Notes: generated by a model not told the origin, from the letters alone. Shown: positions 40,996-51,877, counted from the stretch's first letter. The stretch is DNA of 64,000 nucleotides from Candidatus Kapaibacterium sp. (GCA_028376765.1 JAONBD010000004.1:793-64792), one strand, 5' to 3'. Translations and numbers: made by a program.

Positions 40996-42019
40996 ACGTG
41001 AGTTCGATATAATTTAATAAAGAATTAGTTGATTAGTGTCGTTAAAATTGTTTTTTAAAGAAGGCTTTTTATCTTTGAAATTATAAGCAATAAGTGCAGA
41101 AAATATATTATTAAAATAATTAGCTTCACTTCTATGCCTTGAATGTTCTACTTGGCAAATATTTTTTAGTTGGTCAAAAATAGTCTCTATAATAGCCCTT
41201 TTCCTCAGATGATATGCATCATAAATTGGAGTAAGTAGTTTAGTTTTCATATTCTTTTTGAGTTTGGTTACAAGATGCACACCATTGGAGAATAAGCTAT
41301 TAAATAAATCTTTAGAAATATACCCTTTATCACCAAAAAGTTTACCGTGTAATTTATCGACAAAACCCTTGAACTTCAATGGTTTCCTGTCATCAGTATT
41401 ACCTGGAGTAATCATCACATCAATTATTCCACCGGTGTCATTAGTAATAATATGAAGTTTGAAGCCGTAAAACCATCCAAGAGAACACTGTCCTCTTTGT
41501 GCAAGACCTTTGAAAGTTTTATGTTGGTGTATTCTTCTGTTATGGCAGACTCTTAGCGGAGTAGAATCAATAAAACTAATGCCAGTACAGTCGTTAAGAG
41601 CAGAGCTTTTGAGATAAGTAGCAAGGGGGACAAAGCTTTGTTGCTTGAGCTCTGTCATTCGATTGTAAGAAACAAGTTTGGGAAATTCTTTTCTAAGATG
41701 CTTTGCAACATACCCAAGGTAGAACTCTTTGAATGTTTTATATCCAGAAAGGTGAAATAAAACTTCAATGGTCATAACTTCAGAGAGTGATAATTTAGAA
41801 GGTTTGAACCTTTTTTTACCATTTGCAATGAGTTTTTTGTTCCAAAAAGGGAGAAAAGATTTACAAAAGTCATCAATGTTACAGAATATTTGAGTAATTT
41901 TGTTAATATCGATCATGGCGGAATGTTTAGTTAAGTTATTAAATTTCAGTACTTTAATATACTAAATATTTCGCCTTCTTTATCCAATTATTACTAACAT
42001 CTTTATATCGAACTCACGT
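40996..42019 (-). mobile_element. IS982-family insertion sequence (1024 bp)
   Basis: Terminal IRs ACGTGAGTTCGATATAA / TTATATCGAACTCACGT; flanking 6-bp direct repeat TATTTA (40990-40995 and 42020-42025). Confidence 0.93.
41014..41916 (-). CDS. IS982-family DDE transposase
   Basis: FIDSTP, GWFYGFKLH, GDKGY and RAIIETIFDQLK motifs. Confidence 0.95.
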   Translation of the reverse strand: MIDINKITQIFCNIDDFCKSFLPFWNKKLIANGKKRFKPSKLSLSEVMTIEVLFHLSGYKTFKEFYLGYVAKHLRKEFPKLVSYNRMTELKQQSFVPLATYLKSSALNDCTGISFIDSTPLRVCHNRRIHQHKTFKGLAQRGQCSLGWFYGFKLHIITNDTGGIIDVMITPGNTDDRKPLKFKGFVDKLHGKLFGDKGYISKDLFNSLFSNGVHLVTKLKKNMKTKLLTPIYDAYHLRKRAIIETIFDQLKNICQVEHSRHRSEANYFNNIFSALIAYNFKDKKPSLKNNFNDTNQLILY

Positions 42020-42196
42020 TATTTATAGTCCTTTCCTATTTTTAGTTTTATCTTTTTGAACAATCAAAAAAAGCTATAATCAAAACCATTAAAAAGTAAT
42101 TAATTAATATTCTAAATTATAGTTTAGACAATTATTGCTTAAAATCATATATATGCTTAATTTGGCAAAAAAATAATTAAATAGTTTGAGGACATA

Positions 42197-43261
42197 ATGA
42201 TAGAGCAAATTAACAATTACCTTGGTGATAAATCTGAATACTTACTTGGATTCGATAAACCAAAAATCTCAAAAGAGATGATTCATTTACCAGGTAGTGA
42301 TTACGTTGATCGAATTTATTCGCATAGTGATAGAAATAACAGAGTGATAGGTAATATTCAGAGGATTCTTAACAATGGTAGATTAGGCAATACAGGCTAC
42401 GTCTCGATATTACCTGTAGATCAGGGAATTGAACATTCTGCTGGAGCTTCTTTCGCCAAAAATCCAATTTATTTTGATGCTGAAAACATTGTAAAATTAG
42501 CTATAGAAGGTGAATGCAATGCAGTTGCTTCCACCTTTGGTGTACTTGGAATGACAGCTAGAAAATATGCTCACAAAATTCCATTTATTGTGAAAATAAA
42601 TCATAATCAATTGCTATCTGTACCAAATCAATTCGATCAAATAATGTTTGGTAGTATTGAACAGGCATATAATATGGGAGCCGCTGCAGTAGGTGCAACT
42701 ATTTACTTCGGTTCAGAAGAATCTAACAGACAAATCCAAGAAGTAGCAGCCGCTTTTGCCTATGCACATGAACTTGGAATGGCAACTGTATTATGGTGTT
42801 ATTTAAGAAACTCCGAATTTAAAAAAGATAAGGATTATCACACAGCAACTGATTTAACAGCTCAAGCAAATCATTTGGGAGTTACTATTCAGGCTGATAT
42901 TATTAAACAAAAATTACCTACAAATAATGGTGGTTACAAAGCATTAAATATGGGTGATTCAAGCTATGGAAAGTTTGACGATCGAATCTATACCGAGCTT
43001 GCTTCAGAGCATCCTATCGATTTGACAAGATACCAAGTAGCAAATTGCTACATGGGTAGAGCTGGTTTAATAAATAGTGGTGGCGCGTCTGGCACTAATG
43101 ATTTTGCACAAGCTGTAGAAACTGCTGTGATAAATAAAAGAGCTGGTGGCATGGGACTAATTTCAGGTAGAAAGGCTTTCCAAAGACCTATGGCTGAAGG
43201 TGTAAAACTGCTGAATGCTATTCAAGATGTTTATCTTTGTGATGATGTTACAATAGCTTAA
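42197..43261 (+). CDS. fbaB: Class I fructose-bisphosphate aldolase
   Basis: [17 protein letters not shown] and [10 protein letters not shown] motifs. Confidence 0.95.
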   Translation: MIEQINNYLGDKSEYLLGFDKPKISKEMIHLPGSDYVDRIYSHSDRNNRVIGNIQRILNNGRLGNTGYVSILPVDQGIEHSAGASFAKNPIYFDAENIVKLAIEGECNAVASTFGVLGMTARKYAHKIPFIVKINHNQLLSVPNQFDQIMFGSIEQAYNMGAAAVGATIYFGSEESNRQIQEVAAAFAYAHELGMATVLWCYLRNSEFKKDKDYHTATDLTAQANHLGVTIQADIIKQKLPTNNGGYKALNMGDSSYGKFDDRIYTELASEHPIDLTRYQVANCYMGRAGLINSGGASGTNDFAQAVETAVINKRAGGMGLISGRKAFQRPMAEGVKLLNAIQDVYLCDDVTIA

Positions 43262-43277
43262 ATTTAATACAAGTTGT

Positions 43278-43313
43278 AAAAAAAGAGGGGTGTAGTTTCT
43301 ACACTCCTTTTTT
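43278..43313 (+). terminator. Intrinsic terminator after fbaB
   Basis: GGGGTGTAG/CTACACTCC stem with A and T flanks. Confidence 0.75.
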
Positions 43314-43505
43314 GTGTTATTTATTCTTTTTTTAATACTTATAAATTCTGCTCAAAAAAAAGAAGATACCAACCCTTTTTTATATTTCTTCGATTTATAA
43401 AATGAGGTTTACTTAGAATTTCTTAATTTTGCAATCTAATTTAACACTAATTTTAAAATTGTGTTTAGCAATTAAACGTCAATAAAAATTAATACAGAGG
43501 ATAAG

Positions 43506-44207
43506 ATGGAAAACAATCGGCCATTAAGGCAATCTTCTAATAAAAAAAGAGATATACGAAATACTTATATGAAAAATCAAGATTCAGAAAATACTAATCA
43601 GAAAAATGATGACGAAATCTTGGAAAACCTTGAAGAAAAAATTGGTGCTGCCATGAAAGAAGATGAAATGGAAAACGAAATACATATAGAACTAGAAGAA
43701 GAATTAAATCAGGATGATAGCTCTGATGGAGATTTTAAAGGTTTAGAAGAATCTATAACTAATCTAAGCAAAGAAAATGATCAGTTAAAAGATCAATTAG
43801 CTCGCAGAACAGCTGAAATGGAAAATATGCGAAAAAGAACCGAAAAAGAAAGAATGGATTTAGTCCAATTTGCAAATGAAAAGCTTCTTAATAATCTATT
43901 AGAAATTCCAGATAATATTAAGCAGGCTTTAACATCTGCTAAAGCTTCAAAAGACCTTGATGCAATTATTCAGGGAGTGGATTTAATTAACTCTAAAGCT
44001 GTTAAATTGTTCGAAGAAGCTGGTGTTAAAATCATGGAGGTTAAACCTGGTGATGAATTTGATGTAGATTTGCACGAAGCACTTATGCACACACCAAATC
44101 CAGATTTTGAAGAAGGGCAAATTATCCAAGTTGTACAAGATGGATACTATTACAAAGAAAGAATTTTAAGACACGCTAAAGTTATTACTTCAAGCGGAAA
44201 TGAATAA
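43506..44207 (+). CDS. grpE: Nucleotide exchange factor GrpE (start may be a later ATG)
   Basis: [17 protein letters not shown] and [10 protein letters not shown] motifs; TAnnTTTG box at 43424-43431. Confidence 0.93.
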   Translation: MENNRPLRQSSNKKRDIRNTYMKNQDSENTNQKNDDEILENLEEKIGAAMKEDEMENEIHIELEEELNQDDSSDGDFKGLEESITNLSKENDQLKDQLARRTAEMENMRKRTEKERMDLVQFANEKLLNNLLEIPDNIKQALTSAKASKDLDAIIQGVDLINSKAVKLFEEAGVKIMEVKPGDEFDVDLHEALMHTPNPDFEEGQIIQVVQDGYYYKERILRHAKVITSSGNE

Positions 44208-44215
44208 AAATTATT

Positions 44216-45382
44216 ATGGCTAAAAGAGATTATTACGAAATACTAGGAGTTTCTAAACAAGCTTCTAAAGAAGAGATGAAATCAGCTTATAGAAAACTAG
44301 CTATAAAGTTTCACCCAGATAAAAATCCTGGTGATAAATCAGCTGAAGATAAGTTCAAAGAGGCTTCTGAAGCCTACGACGTTCTTTCAGATGGCGATAA
44401 ACGTGCTAGATATGATAGGTTTGGTCATGATGGAATGAGAGGATCTGCTGGCGGGTCTCAAGGATTTTCTAACGTTGATGATATCTTCTCAACTTTTTCG
44501 GATATATTTGGCGGAAGAGGCAGTTCCATCTTTGATGATTTTTTTGGTGGGCAGCAAGGCGGCGGTAAACGTAGGTCGAGAGGTGAACGTGGTGGCGACA
44601 TAAAAATTAAAATGCCGCTAACTCTCGAAGAAATTGCAAAAGGAACTAAAAAAACAATTAAAATTAAAAAATGGGATACTTGTGGCGTTTGTACTGGAAG
44701 TGGTGCAAAATCAGGGTCTGGAACAAGCTCATGTCCAACATGTGGTGGTGCGGGTGAAGTTCGCCAAGTCTCTAAATCTTTATTTGGTCAGTTTGTAAAT
44801 GTTTCTGTTTGCCCTCAATGTAGTGGTGCTGGAGAGATTATTAAAGAGAAATGTACAAGTTGCTCTGGTTCTGGTAGAGAGAAAAAGGATGATGAAATTA
44901 AAGTGGATATTCCTGCTGGAGTTGAAGAAGGGAATTATTTACCGCTTCAAGGTAAAGGAAACGCAGGCGTAAAAGGTGGCCCAGCTGGCGACCTGATTGT
45001 AATTATGGAAGAAAAAGAGCATGAGCATTTTTCAAGAGAAAATGACGATATAATTTACAACCTAGATATTAGCTTTCCAGAGGCAGCCCTTGGTACTGAT
45101 GTAGAAGTGCCTACTATTCACGGCACCGAAAAAATTGAAATTCAGTCAGGTACTCAACCTGGTGCTACTATAACCCTAAATGAAAAAGGTATCCCTCATT
45201 TAAATTCTTATGGTAAAGGCGATCAAGTAGTTCTAGTAAATATTCACGTACCCACAAAACTTGGATCTCAGGAAAAAGAATTAATAGAAAAGTTAGCAGA
45301 ATTTGAAAAAATTCATCCTAACAAAAAAAATAAATCTCATAAATCAAGCTTTTTTGATAAAGTAAAAGATCTATTTGATTAA
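44216..45382 (+). CDS. dnaJ: Chaperone DnaJ
   Basis: J domain with HPD, G/F region, four CxxCxGxG repeats. Confidence 0.97.
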   Translation: MAKRDYYEILGVSKQASKEEMKSAYRKLAIKFHPDKNPGDKSAEDKFKEASEAYDVLSDGDKRARYDRFGHDGMRGSAGGSQGFSNVDDIFSTFSDIFGGRGSSIFDDFFGGQQGGGKRRSRGERGGDIKIKMPLTLEEIAKGTKKTIKIKKWDTCGVCTGSGAKSGSGTSSCPTCGGAGEVRQVSKSLFGQFVNVSVCPQCSGAGEIIKEKCTSCSGSGREKKDDEIKVDIPAGVEEGNYLPLQGKGNAGVKGGPAGDLIVIMEEKEHEHFSRENDDIIYNLDISFPEAALGTDVEVPTIHGTEKIEIQSGTQPGATITLNEKGIPHLNSYGKGDQVVLVNIHVPTKLGSQEKELIEKLAEFEKIHPNKKNKSHKSSFFDKVKDLFD

Positions 45383-45388
45383 TATTTT

Positions 45389-46201
45389 ATGAAGACTCTT
45401 TTAATATTTTTATTGATAAGTTTTCTTGCTTGTAGTAAGAATAATAATCAATCAAAATTACTCGATGATGAAAAACCAATAGAAAATAAAACTTCAGAAT
45501 TCAGTTTTAAAAAAGGTGATTTGAGATTTGAATTAATCAATGAGTTTCCACACAATGCCAATTCATACACTCAAGGATTGTTTTTTCTCGACTCCGTACT
45601 TTACGAAAGTTCCGGTGGCTATGGCAAGTCTAAACTCTACAAATTTGATAATAAAAATGGAAGCACAATTAATGATTCAAGATTATCCATTTCTATTTTT
45701 GCCGAAGGAATTGAACTCGTAAATAATAAAATCTATATGCTTACCTGGAAATCAGGGGTGTGCATTGTTCACGATTTAGAATTTAACCAAGAAAATATTT
45801 TTAAATATGAAGGTGAAGGGTGGGGAATCTGTACCGATAACAAATTTATTTATATGAGCGACGGTTCCCATAGAATCCAAGTAAGAGATATTAATAGCTT
45901 TGATTTAATTAAAAGAATTGATGTTCTTGATAAATTTGGTATGCCCTTAACAGATATAAATGAACTAGAATATGTGGATGGCGAAATCTTTGCTAATATT
46001 TGGTTACAAGACCGTATTGTCAGAATTGACCCAATTACTGGTGAATTTAGGGGCGAAATCGACCTAACTCCATTACGAAAAAGGCTAGTGGATAACCCCG
46101 AAGCTGAAGCTTTAAACGGCATCGCCTTTGACAATCAAAATAAATACTTTTATTTGACTGGTAAAAATTGGAATTCATATTTTGTTGTGAAATTCAATTA
46201 A
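45389..46201 (+). CDS. Glutaminyl-peptide cyclotransferase (type I, beta-propeller), lipoprotein
   Basis: YTQGL, FAEG, EGWG, SDGS, INELE and LNGIA motifs; lipobox LAC. Confidence 0.9.
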   Translation: MKTLLIFLLISFLACSKNNNQSKLLDDEKPIENKTSEFSFKKGDLRFELINEFPHNANSYTQGLFFLDSVLYESSGGYGKSKLYKFDNKNGSTINDSRLSISIFAEGIELVNNKIYMLTWKSGVCIVHDLEFNQENIFKYEGEGWGICTDNKFIYMSDGSHRIQVRDINSFDLIKRIDVLDKFGMPLTDINELEYVDGEIFANIWLQDRIVRIDPITGEFRGEIDLTPLRKRLVDNPEAEALNGIAFDNQNKYFYLTGKNWNSYFVVKFN

Positions 46202-46232
46202 TTTTTTTTTAAAAACTAATATAGGGATTTAT

Positions 46233-46673
46233 ATGTTAAATCTTAAAACTCTTCTTTTGGCTTTTGCCCTTTTATTTCTAGTATCTTGTGATGATGATGA
46301 TGATGACAATGATGATACAAACATTTCAACAGAAGTTACTGTTAATGTTACAAACCTATCACATTCATGGACTTTAGAATCAGCAAAATTAGACAACCAG
46401 GAATCACAAATATTAGACCTTTTAACACCAAAAGGTATTTTATTCAATAGTGATTTTACTTGTGTTATTGATACATATTCTGGTACATGGTCATTGAACG
46501 AATCCAATAAATCTGTTAGTTACGGATATAGTGTTGAACTTGAAGATGGAACTATTGAAACATTAGAAGCTATAGATCAGTCTGTTTATAGCCTAACAGA
46601 TTCTAGTCTTCATTTCAGAGATACATTTGAAAATTCAGTTGCAGACATAATCTACAATAAAATCTCTAATTAA
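46233..46673 (+). CDS. Lipocalin-like lipoprotein with Asp-rich tract after the lipidated Cys
   Basis: VSC-DDDDDD; W..L..F.SD.T...GTW motif. Confidence 0.65.
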   Translation: MLNLKTLLLAFALLFLVSCDDDDDDNDDTNISTEVTVNVTNLSHSWTLESAKLDNQESQILDLLTPKGILFNSDFTCVIDTYSGTWSLNESNKSVSYGYSVELEDGTIETLEAIDQSVYSLTDSSLHFRDTFENSVADIIYNKISN

Positions 46674-46705
46674 TTTAGACACACTAAAATCTTGAATAAG
46701 ATTAT

Positions 46706-46732
46706 GGGGCAAGATAAATTTTATTTTGCCCC
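46706..46732. terminator. Hairpin between convergent genes
   Basis: GGGGCAA...TTGCCCC stem. Confidence 0.6.
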
Positions 46733-46733
46733 T

Positions 46734-47843
46734 TTATTTATTCCACCATTCTTGTTTTGGGAAGTCTTTCCCTAATTCAAATCTTTCACCAATAAATGGG
46801 TGAATTACTTCCATTCCTAATTCTTCTGATTTTTTCTTAAATCTCAAAATTGGATCCGTCCATTCGTGAATTGATAATTGAAAAGCACCCCAATGAATTG
46901 GCATCAACATCTCACCTTTTACATCTTTACCAGCTAAAGCACTTTCTTCTGGCATCATGTGAATATCTTTCCAAGCTAAATTGTACTGACCACATTCTAT
47001 CATAGCTAAATCAAATGGGCCATATTTATCTCCAATCTCTTTAAAATGTGGACCATAGCCACCGTCTCCACTGAAATATAGCTTATGCTCTCCAGATTGT
47101 ATTACCCAGCTACCCCATTGTGTTGTAAATCTATCAGAGAATCCTCTCCCTGAAAAATGCCTCGAAGGGCAAGCAACTAATTCCAAATTATCTAGTTTTA
47201 TAGATTGCCACCAATCCAGTTCTGTTATCTTATCAGAATTGACACCCCATCTTTGAAGGTGTGAACCAACCCCTAACATTGTATAAAAATGTTTAACATT
47301 CTTTTTTATCTTTTTAATAGTTGGATAATCCAAATGGTCATAATGATCGTGAGATATAATTACAGCATCAATATCTTTTAAATCATCTAAAGGGATAGGT
47401 TTTTCATAATCAAATCTTTTGGTTGTAACATAAATTGGAGACGACGATTCGCCTAACATTGGATCAATTAATATTCTTTTACCATTAATTTCAAGTAGGA
47501 ATGCTGAATGACCATACCAAGTAATGAAGCAGGAACTATCATTTGCTGGCCTATTATTTTCTCCAAATTTAACTGGAACTGATTTTTCTGGCGAACCATT
47601 TTCTCCAAAAATAAATTTTGGAAGCGTTTTTAATGCTTCCATTGGTTCAGCTTCGTGAGTTTCAATTAAATTAACAAATATCTCACCATTGTGATTTGGT
47701 GATTGTTTTATTCTTGCCAAATGTTCACCTTCTGGTTTTTTGCCAAGTTGAGGAGCAAACTTTATAAAAATAAAAACTGCAACTATAAGGGTGGCTATAA
47801 AACCAACTATGAAGTATAACATAATTTTCAATTTATTTTTCAT
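46734..47843 (-). CDS. MBL-fold metallo-hydrolase (RomA/NAPE-PLD-like)
   Basis: TWYGHS, ISHDHYDHLD, PSRHFSGR, GDGGY and PIHWG motifs; start ATG 47843 preferred. Confidence 0.9.
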   Translation of the reverse strand: MKNKLKIMLYFIVGFIATLIVAVFIFIKFAPQLGKKPEGEHLARIKQSPNHNGEIFVNLIETHEAEPMEALKTLPKFIFGENGSPEKSVPVKFGENNRPANDSSCFITWYGHSAFLLEINGKRILIDPMLGESSSPIYVTTKRFDYEKPIPLDDLKDIDAVIISHDHYDHLDYPTIKKIKKNVKHFYTMLGVGSHLQRWGVNSDKITELDWWQSIKLDNLELVACPSRHFSGRGFSDRFTTQWGSWVIQSGEHKLYFSGDGGYGPHFKEIGDKYGPFDLAMIECGQYNLAWKDIHMMPEESALAGKDVKGEMLMPIHWGAFQLSIHEWTDPILRFKKKSEELGMEVIHPFIGERFELGKDFPKQEWWNK

Positions 47844-47989
47844 GATGATAATTTTTTTAATTAAAAGCACAGGCTAAGCTAATAAATATTGTAATATTTT
47901 TCTGTATTGCTTGATTAAAACTATAGAATGATATTAATTTAAAAAGAGTTCTTAAAAGTGATTTGTATTAGGAACTGCTTAGAAGAAAT

Positions 47990-48019
47990 AAAAAAAGCTC
48001 TCAATTTTGAGAGCTTTTT
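47990..48019 (-). terminator. Intrinsic terminator after tRNA-Ser
   Basis: AAAAAGCTCTCAA/TTGAGAGCTTTTT. Confidence 0.8.
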
Positions 48020-48021
48020 AT

Positions 48022-48107
48022 TGGCGGAAGATGAGGGACTCGAACCCCCATGCCCTTGCGGACGGCAGTTTTCAAGACTGCTGCAATACCAATTATGCGA
48101 ATCTTCC
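48022..48107 (-). tRNA. tRNA-Ser(TGA)
   Basis: GGAAGAT/ATCTTCC acceptor, GCAGT-CTTGAAA-ACTGC anticodon arm, long variable arm, G discriminator, encoded CCA; TAnnTTTG at 48121-48128. Confidence 0.95.
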
Positions 48108-48426
48108 ATTTAAGAAGACACAAAAATAGGTGCTTAAATCTATAATTCCAAATATTATTTATTTTATTTTTTAAATCACTAAGTTTTAGTGCCTTAACAG
48201 GTCTAATTTGATAATAAAGGATTCATGTAATCCATTATTTTACATATCTTTACACTTCATAGCTCTTAAGAGTAGAAGTCATTTATATTATCAACAATCA
48301 ATAAATATATACTTTTTTAAAAAATTAATAAATAATATTTGCAAGTGAACTATTTTTCAATTACTTTTGATGGAAATTAAGCAGCAAAAAGAGGAATACC
48401 TGCCTTAGGATTCCCAACTACGAAAA

Positions 48427-49128
48427 ATGAACAAAGTAATTGTAACTGTATTGGTATCGGTAATCTTGATATCATTGGGTTTACTTATATACGCATCAAA
48501 TTCTTGGAACAAAGACCAAAGAATTGATGAGGTTAGGGTAATTGGCAATGATATTTTGAACGAAAATGAGATTGTAAATCTTACAGATTCCCTGTGTTTT
48601 AAATCTTCTTTCTCCACTCAAGACTTCCTAGAAATAAAGGAAAGAATCTTGACCAATTCGTATATAAAGAATGCTGATATTTATACTAATTCAAATAAAT
48701 TAATCATCGAAATTGATGAAAGAGCCCCAGTTGCATACTACATCTCAAAAGGCGAAGTGTTTCTTTTATCTGCTGATATGACTACACTACCAATGAGAGA
48801 TGATATTAGCGATTACAATCTTCCCGTTTTAAGAATCAAAAATGGTGCAATTAATAAATCAAATGAAATATTAATTGACATATTTAAATTAATAGTTAAT
48901 AATAATAATTTAAACCTATTATTATCTGAAATTATTTTTAACAAACAAACTGGTGAGTTTGATTTAGTTTTAAATCAGAATTCAATTTTAGTTAAAGTAG
49001 GAAGAAAAGAACTTTTAGCAGAAAAATTTAAAAAATTCAATGAGTTTTGGTTTAAAGTCGCTTTGAAAGAAGGCATCAACTTTAAAATCATTGATTTAAG
49101 ATGGGATAAAAAAATATTAGTTTCTTAA
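48427..49128 (+). CDS. ftsQ: Cell division protein FtsQ/DivIB
   Basis: N-terminal TM, POTRA (VIGN..L..E, ERAPVA), C-terminal IDLRW; precedes ftsA. Confidence 0.85.
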   Translation: MNKVIVTVLVSVILISLGLLIYASNSWNKDQRIDEVRVIGNDILNENEIVNLTDSLCFKSSFSTQDFLEIKERILTNSYIKNADIYTNSNKLIIEIDERAPVAYYISKGEVFLLSADMTTLPMRDDISDYNLPVLRIKNGAINKSNEILIDIFKLIVNNNNLNLLLSEIIFNKQTGEFDLVLNQNSILVKVGRKELLAEKFKKFNEFWFKVALKEGINFKIIDLRWDKKILVS

Positions 49129-49140
49129 GTAAGGTTAAGC

Positions 49141-50526
49141 ATGATCAACAATAACAACATAGTAGTAGGCTTAGATATAGGAACAAACAAAGTTTGTGCT
49201 TTGGTTGCAAAACCTGGGAAATCTAAAGGTGAATTAGAAATTCTAGGAATAGGAATTACTGAAAGCGAAGGGCTAACAAGAGGTGTAATTAGCAACATTG
49301 AAAAAACAGTAAAGACTATTAATGTAGCAATAGATCAGGCTGAACAGCAATCAGGAATGAAAATCAAAAATGTTGTTGTAGGTATCGCTGGTGATCATGT
49401 TGAATCATTCCAAACTAGAGGAATTATCGGAATATCATCCGAATCTCAAGAAATCACTCAATCGGATATTGATAGATTAATGGAAAATGCTAGGAATGTA
49501 AAAATACCTAGCGAGAGAAGAATTTTACATGTGATGGCACAAGAGTTTATAATAGACGGTCAAGACGGAATTTCCGATCCGATTGGAATGAGTGGGGTTA
49601 GATTAGAAGCTGAAGTACATATTATAACTGGTCTTGAAACTGCGATAAAAAACATTTATAAATGCGTGGAAAGATGCGGTCTAACTGTCGAAGATGTAGT
49701 ACTTGAACCAATTGCTTCTAGCAGAGCACTTCTAAGCGACGAAGAAATGGAAGTAGGAGTAGGAATAATTGATATTGGTGGTGGTACTACTGATATTGCT
49801 GTATTCGAAGATAACATAATTAGATTTTCATCTATTATAGGTATCGCAGGACACCTAGTTACAGAAGATGTAAGGAAAGGTTTAGGAATTATTGCAAAGC
49901 AGGCAGAAAGAGTAAAAAGAGAATATGGACACAGTTACTTGCCTTCTATTATGAAAGATGATGTATTTATGATCCCGGGGATTGGTGGCAGAAAACCGAT
50001 GGAAGTTTCAAAATCTGAATTATGTAGAATTATCCAACCGAGAATGGAAGAGCTTTTTGAGTTCGCAATGGTTGAACTATCTAGATCAGGCTTTCTTGAT
50101 AAATTGGGAGCTGGTCTTATAATAACTGGTGGAACTTGTTTGCTAAAAGGTTCTGAAGAACTTGCGAGAGAAATATTTGGCGTACCTGTTAAATTAGGAA
50201 TACCAACTGGAATTTCTTATTCAGGTTTAGCTCCAATGGTTGAAAGCCCTGTGTATTCAACTGGAGTTGGCCTCGCTTTATTTGCTTTAGATAAATTAGA
50301 CATAGATTACGACAATCTAAACTCTGATGAAGAAATTGCAGAACCTAGTATTATTCAGAATTCAGTAAAAAAAGACATTTCTGAAACTAAAAAAAATAAT
50401 ACAAAAGCTAATCTAAAAAGTAGTGATGCAACAAAAGCAAAAGTTGATGCTGAGGAATCAAATAATGACAAAAATTCTAAACCTTCATTTATGAAAAAAA
50501 TGAAGAATTTTATTGAGCAATTATAA
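49141..50526 (+). CDS. ftsA: Cell division protein FtsA
   Basis: GLDIGT, DIGGGTTD and TGG motifs; C-terminal amphipathic helix. Confidence 0.97.
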   Translation: MINNNNIVVGLDIGTNKVCALVAKPGKSKGELEILGIGITESEGLTRGVISNIEKTVKTINVAIDQAEQQSGMKIKNVVVGIAGDHVESFQTRGIIGISSESQEITQSDIDRLMENARNVKIPSERRILHVMAQEFIIDGQDGISDPIGMSGVRLEAEVHIITGLETAIKNIYKCVERCGLTVEDVVLEPIASSRALLSDEEMEVGVGIIDIGGGTTDIAVFEDNIIRFSSIIGIAGHLVTEDVRKGLGIIAKQAERVKREYGHSYLPSIMKDDVFMIPGIGGRKPMEVSKSELCRIIQPRMEELFEFAMVELSRSGFLDKLGAGLIITGGTCLLKGSEELAREIFGVPVKLGIPTGISYSGLAPMVESPVYSTGVGLALFALDKLDIDYDNLNSDEEIAEPSIIQNSVKKDISETKKNNTKANLKSSDATKAKVDAEESNNDKNSKPSFMKKMKNFIEQL

Positions 50527-50559
50527 ATTTAAATTTTCAAACTATAAAGAGGAAGTAAC

Positions 50560-51834
50560 ATGTCGGATAATCAACCGCGTATTCTGCTAGACGACACAGC
50601 TCTGGGGGGAGCAAAAATCAAGGTCATAGGTGTCGGTGGCGGTGGTGGAAACGCTATTAACAATATGATTGAAAGAGGTCTTACTGGTGTTGAGTTTATT
50701 GCTGCAAATACAGATAAACAAGCATTAGAGCATAATCTTGCTGATGTTAAAATACAAATTGGAAGAGAGACTACTCGAGGATTGGGTGCTGGAGCAAACC
50801 CTGAGCGAGGAAAAGAATCTATTTTAGAAAGCGAGAACGAAGTTAAAGAAGCCCTTAAGGGTGCCGACATGATATTTGTTACTTGTGGTATGGGTGGAGG
50901 AACTGGTACAGGTTCTGCTCCAGAAATTGCAAAAATTGGACAAAGTATCGGTGCACTAGTTGTCGGTATTGTTACTAAACCATTTATTTTTGAAGGTAAA
51001 AGAAGAGTAAATATTGCTGATACTTGGATAGACCAGTTAAGAGAAAATGTTGATGCACTTATTGTAATCCCTAATCAAAAATTATTAGAAATAATTGATA
51101 AAAATACTGGGTTTAAAGAAGCTTTTTCTAAAGTTGATGAAGTATTATACAATGCTACAAGGGGTATATCTGATATTATCTCTAGACATGGTTATGTAAA
51201 CGTCGATTTTGCTGATGTTGTAACAATAATGAAAGGAATGGGTGATGCACTAATGGGTATTGGTATTGCTTCTGGTGAACACAGAGCTGTACAAGCCGCA
51301 GAAAAAGCATTAAACTCTCCCCTATTAGATGGAATTTCCATCGAAGGTGCAAAAGGATTGCTTGTAAATATTACTGGTGGTCAAGAAATGACTATGCACG
51401 AAATTTCTGATGCTGTTACCCTTATTGAGGAAAAAGCAGGTGGAGATGCAAATCTTATTAAAGGTATCGTTTTTGATGAATCTATGAACGATGAATTTAT
51501 GGTAACTGTTGTTGCAACGGGGTTTAACTGTATCAAAGAAGAAGAAGAAACTGAAGTTAATGAACCTGAACAAATGACTATTCCTAAAAATGTTTTTGGT
51601 GGAAGAACGGTATTCGGTGAAGGTAGATTTGATAATATTCAAAAGCCATCTGGTCAGAGAGCTTTAAAAAAATACGATACTCCTACCTACTTGAGAAATG
51701 GTAAAAGTGGAGTTCCACTTGGCGATAATTCAAATACCACTGCTTCAAAAATACAAAGTAGTAATGTTAAAGATGAAGCAAAATCCAAAACAATACAGGC
51801 TGAACCAGCTTTTTTGAGAAGAATTAGAGACTAA
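50560..51834 (+). CDS. ftsZ: Cell division protein FtsZ
   Basis: GVGGGGGNA, GMGGGTGTG, NVDFAD and PAFLRR motifs. Confidence 0.98.
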   Translation: MSDNQPRILLDDTALGGAKIKVIGVGGGGGNAINNMIERGLTGVEFIAANTDKQALEHNLADVKIQIGRETTRGLGAGANPERGKESILESENEVKEALKGADMIFVTCGMGGGTGTGSAPEIAKIGQSIGALVVGIVTKPFIFEGKRRVNIADTWIDQLRENVDALIVIPNQKLLEIIDKNTGFKEAFSKVDEVLYNATRGISDIISRHGYVNVDFADVVTIMKGMGDALMGIGIASGEHRAVQAAEKALNSPLLDGISIEGAKGLLVNITGGQEMTMHEISDAVTLIEEKAGGDANLIKGIVFDESMNDEFMVTVVATGFNCIKEEEETEVNEPEQMTIPKNVFGGRTVFGEGRFDNIQKPSGQRALKKYDTPTYLRNGKSGVPLGDNSNTTASKIQSSNVKDEAKSKTIQAEPAFLRRIRD

Positions 51835-51877
51835 TTTGTGTTCGGAAAATGTTATATTCGTTAGTACATAAATCCTT

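Noticed and set aside
43506-45382. grpE-dnaJ without dnaK
   Set aside because: Common arrangement in Bacteroidota/Chlorobiota
46289-46316. (GAT)n microsatellite as a contingency locus
   Set aside because: In-frame Asp tract after the lipoprotein Cys, consistent with an acidic lipoprotein export signal; triplet changes would not shift the frame
46734-47843. Metallo-beta-lactamase resistance gene
   Set aside because: Motifs fit the RomA/NAPE-PLD-like hydrolase group, not class B beta-lactamases
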